Source: Rhizaria sp. SCN 62-66 (lineage: Eukaryota). Taken from it: DNA of 34,272 nt. Shown in pieces: positions 30,711-34,272 of the stretch; positions within the stretch are counted from its first letter, which is position 1; the number at the start of each line of letters is the position of its first letter. The stretch lies in contig MEDY01000324.1 of assembly GCA_001724265.1 (NCBI GenBank), positions 1 to 34,272 on the forward strand, read 5' to 3'. The position numbers and the translations under genes were made by a program. The notes below the pieces were generated by a model, which saw nothing but the letters and a program-made list of their open reading frames with translations, searched no databases and was not told the DNA's origin.

Positions 30711-32956
30711 CTGAGAGGGAAAAGATGCAAAACACACAAAAACAAATCAAAATAATCAGAATAAATATTCGTAGAATGTGGAAGAAACATATCGGTTTTC
30801 GCTACAACGTCAAAGAAACGTCGCTGATTGATTAAAATTATAAAACAGTACAAATCAAGACAATTATTTTGACTCGCGTCATGTGTCGCGAATGCGTACC
30901 TGTGAGAGCGCGGCCTTGGCGAGGACGTCCTCGGCGTCGGCGGCGTCGGCGCGCACGAGCAGCGAGCTGCCGGTCATGGCGGCGGGCTGCTCCACGCCCA
31001 TAAGCGCGAGCACCGACGGCGCGACGTCCTGGAGCCCACCGCCCGCGCGCAGCGCCACGAAGTGCGCCGCGGCCGCGGGCGTGAGCTGCGCGTAGAAGGG
31101 CACCGGGTGGATCGTGTGCGCCGTGTGGGGCTCGCCCGTCGCGGCGTTGCGCATCTGCTCGCAGTTGCCGTGGTCCGCGGTGAGCATCAGCGAGTAGCCC
31201 TCTTTGGCGCAGGCGGCGGCGATGCGCGCGACGGCCGCGTCCGTGGCGGCGGCCGCAGCGGTCGCGGCGGGCAGCATGATGGTGTGGCCGACCATGTCTG
31301 GCGGCGCAAAGTTGCACACGACAAAGTCGTACTTCTGCAGCGCGAGCGCGGTCTCGACCGAGGTAGCGACGCCCGCGGCCGACATCTCGGGCTGCAGGTC
31401 GTAGGTCGCGACCTTGGGCGAGGAAACGAGCCCGCGGTCCTCACCTGCGAAGTCCTGCTCGATGCCGCCGTTGAAGAAAAATGTCACGTGCGCGTACTTC
31501 TCCGTCTCGGCCGTATGGAACTGCTTGAGTCCGCGCTTAGAGAGCCACTCCGAGAGCCCGTCGCGCATGTTGTTGGGCGGGAAGACCGTGGGGAGCGTGA
31601 ACTTGGAGTCGTAGCACGTGAATTGCGCGACCGTGAGCCCCGCGCGCTTGACGCACGGCGCGCGCCCGGGCTTGTCGAAGGGGTAGACGCCCATGCCGAC
31701 CACGGAGGCGATCTCGCGCATGCGGTCCGCGCGGAAGTCGAAGAAGAGCACGGCGTCCTCGTCGCGGAGGCAGCCTGCGGGCGGCGCGTCGGCCGCCGCG
31801 CCGTGCGCCACACAGACGGGCGTAAAGAACTCGTCGTTCTCGCCGGAGGCGTACTTGGCCTGCACCGCGGCAGCCAGCGCGGCCGAGTCGGCGACCACGG
31901 TCGCGCCCGCGCCGCTCACGAGCGCGTTGTACGCGACCTCGATGCTGAGCAATGGACAGAAATATTTAGTATTATATCGGTGAGGGACATCGTGGGAAAC
32001 AAAACAAAGGATTGGCGTGTAAGATATAACAATATGAACTAGTTGAGCTCGATTAATCACTATTTTTGAGGCTAAATCTGCATGAAAGACAGTTCAAGAC
32101 GACGTACCGCTCCCAGCGCTTGTCGCGGTCCATAGCGTAGTAGCGGCCGACGACGGTGGCGACCTTGCCGTAGCCGATCTCGGCCATGAAGGCCTCGATC
32201 TGCGCCAGGTAGCCGGCGGCCGAGGTGGGCGCCGTGTCGCGGCCGTCGGCGAAGAAGTGGAGGAAGCACTCGGGCACCTGCTGCGCCTGCGCGACGAGCA
32301 GCAGCTGCTTCAGGTGGTCGATGTGCGCGTGCACGCCGCCGTCGCTGACGAGTCCCATGAGGTGCAGGCGGCCCGTCGCGGCCTTGGCCGACTCGCACAG
32401 CGCAAGCAGGCGCGGGTTCTTAGCGAAGGAGCCGTCGGCGATGGCCGCGTTGATGCGCTCCAGGTCCTGTGCAGAGGAGCAACGTGGTGTACAATGCAGG
32501 GGGGTAATGAGGATAGCAGGTGATGAGTATTAATAGTTATTAGCACAGCACACAAATTAGCGGCAAAAAGGATATATCATCTGGTTTTCATTAAAAGGTG
32601 AGTAACTGTGTCAATGACATGCGATATAAGCACTGAAATCTATGTTGCCATGCAATCAATGATCTCACACCATCTGAGTCGTGAGCAAGACGGCGCATTG
32701 TGCGTGTGAGGGGACGTGCCTGAAAGTCGATGCGTCCCGCGCCGATGGTGAGGTGGCCGACCTCGCTGTTGCCCATGATGCCGTCGGGCAGCCCCACGGC
32801 TAGCCCGTGCGCCTGGACCGTGGTGGCGAGGCTGCGCTCGGCCAGCGCCGTCATGCCGGGCGTAGGGGCGCAGAAGTTGGCGTTGGACTCGGAGGGCGTG
32901 GTGACGCCCCAGCCGTCCAGCACAATCAGGCAGACCTTGTTCTCCACCGTCGCCAT
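30030..32956 (-). CDS. gpmI: 2,3-BPG-independent phosphoglycerate mutase (iPGM) with a predicted spliced C-terminal ankyrin-repeat domain; exons 32956-32720, 32466-32108, 31944-30900, 30710-30030, ~773 aa
   Basis: LIVLDGWG, MGNSEVGH (phospho-Ser), SDGGVH, DGRD, GRYYAMDRD, FRADR, AETEKYAHVTFFFNGG, SPKVATYDLQPEMS, NFAPPDMVGHT, TADHGN, HTAHT are all intact. The iPGM call is certain; the join to the ankyrin exon is inferred from a phase-0 GTACGC...CAG intron. Confidence 0.9.
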
Positions 32957-33673
32957 GAGGGAGGGGAAACGCTGCGGGGGCGGCAGGCGGGCGGGGGCGA
33001 GACGACATAAGGGTGGCCGGGCATGGGGCGTGTGTTGTGAGTGTAGAATGCAGAGGTGGAGGTCCGAGTCAGCTTCGTATAAACGTATGAACAGTGGAGT
33101 TAGACGTGTGATAGTCGCCGGTATATAGCAGCGAAAAGCTCATGTTGATGCATGGAAGACTGTGCGCGTGCAGGTGCGAACTGTGAAGTCAACATCCGAG
33201 GTTGCGGTGGGTGGCGAGGTCTCTCGACAGAAAGTGTTTGGGTCTCCTGTAGTAACGACTTTCATGTCGTAGCATTTAATAATAATACTCGAATTTTCAC
33301 ATAAAAATACATAATAACAGCATGGATGTCTAGACGGAAGACTCAGCTGTCAATAGATACCTTTGCAACACACACCACACTAAGATCTGACGCCTCGCAC
33401 GGTCACTTCGCCTTTTGAAAACGAGATACTAGCTCTCACTAACCACGTCGTCAGGACAGATAATTATAGTTTGTCCGTCCAATTTGTTGTGCATTCTGAC
33501 TGGTCCATTCAATAATTTTATCTCTGTTTCTTCCCCGGCCCGCAGTCAGAGACAACACTCGCTCCTTCTCCCCTCGGCAGAGCCTCCCACGTCAGCCGCC
33601 GCCTGGCGCACCCCACACTCGCCCCGCCCGCTCTTCCCTCCGTGCTGCGCTGCGCCGCGTTGCCCGCACCGCG

Positions 33674-34272
33674 ATGGGCGACACGTGGAGCCAGCCGGGG
33701 ATGGACCCGGGCTCACTGGGCCCGCTCCCGCCCACCGCCGCGAGTCTCGCCTCGGCCGCTGCAGACGGCGCCTCCGTGCACACGTGCGAGCACACCAATA
33801 CAAGCGCGTCCCCAACGACAGCCGCTACGCCGGCAGCGCCCTCACAACCGCGCCCGTCCCCGCCGCGCACGGCGCCCGCTGCAGGCCAGTCCGCAGCCCA
33901 CGAGGCGCCGCGGCAGCCGATGCGGCAGCCAGACTTGGAGGCCCTCCGACAGCCCCCGCGCCTCGCACCGGCGCACGCGCACAACAACATCGGCGGCAAC
34001 AGCAGCAGCGGCAGCGGACTGTACGTGCGCCCAACAGTGGCCGCTGCAGCCGCCGCCGCGGCCGCGACCGACGCCGAGGCGGCCCTGCGCGCGCGCCGCG
34101 CCGCCACGGCCGCGGCCGCCGCGGCCACGCTGACGCCCGCGGACCTGGCGGGACTGGCCCCCGCTGTGGCCGCAGCTGCAGCCACGCGCCCGCTGCTGGC
34201 GCTGGCGCTGGCGCGGCCCGCGCTGCCCGCCGGCGCGAACCGGCCGCTGCTGCGCGCGCTGGAGCGCCAGGC
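33674..34272 (+). CDS. 5' part of an unknown Ala/Pro-rich protein running off the window end
   Basis: ATG33674 opens MGDTWSQPGMDPGSLGPLPP...GANRPLLRALERQ with no stop to the end. Exon-like GC content begins after a pyrimidine tract/CAG at about 33545. Confidence 0.55.
   Translation, partial: MGDTWSQPGMDPGSLGPLPPTAASLASAAADGASVHTCEHTNTSASPTTAATPAAPSQPRPSPPRTAPAAGQSAAHEAPRQPMRQPDLEALRQPPRLAPAHAHNNIGGNSSSGSGLYVRPTVAAAAAAAAATDAEAALRARRAATAAAAAATLTPADLAGLAPAVAAAAATRPLLALALARPALPAGANRPLLRALERQ

Overview
Gene-dense eukaryotic (protist-like) nuclear DNA with very GC-rich, Ala-inflated exons separated by AT-rich introns and spacers; epsilon-tubulin points to a lineage with basal bodies/flagella. Manually spliced gene models in order: 3' end of ribosomal protein eS19 (+); a 2-exon viral-type (PLA2X/parvovirus VP1u-like) phospholipase A2 ending in a CaaX box (+); RPB10 (-); an 84-aa 3-exon single-TM microprotein (+); a NAK-family kinase (+); a divergent CSN2-like PCI protein with two N-terminal Cys4 zinc-knuckle motifs (-); epsilon-tubulin (+); a Tc1/IS630-type transposase that has lost both catalytic aspartates and has a damaged 5' end (+); a WD40-like protein (-); a ~1730-aa 7-exon APC4-like gene (+); polyQ-rich NOT2 (+); a cofactor-independent phosphoglycerate mutase that splices in frame onto an ankyrin-repeat exon (-); and the start of an unknown gene. 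The strongest candidates for something new are the iPGM-ankyrin fusion and the intron-containing, probably prenylated viral-type PLA2. All family assignments come from motif recognition by eye; no database search was run.
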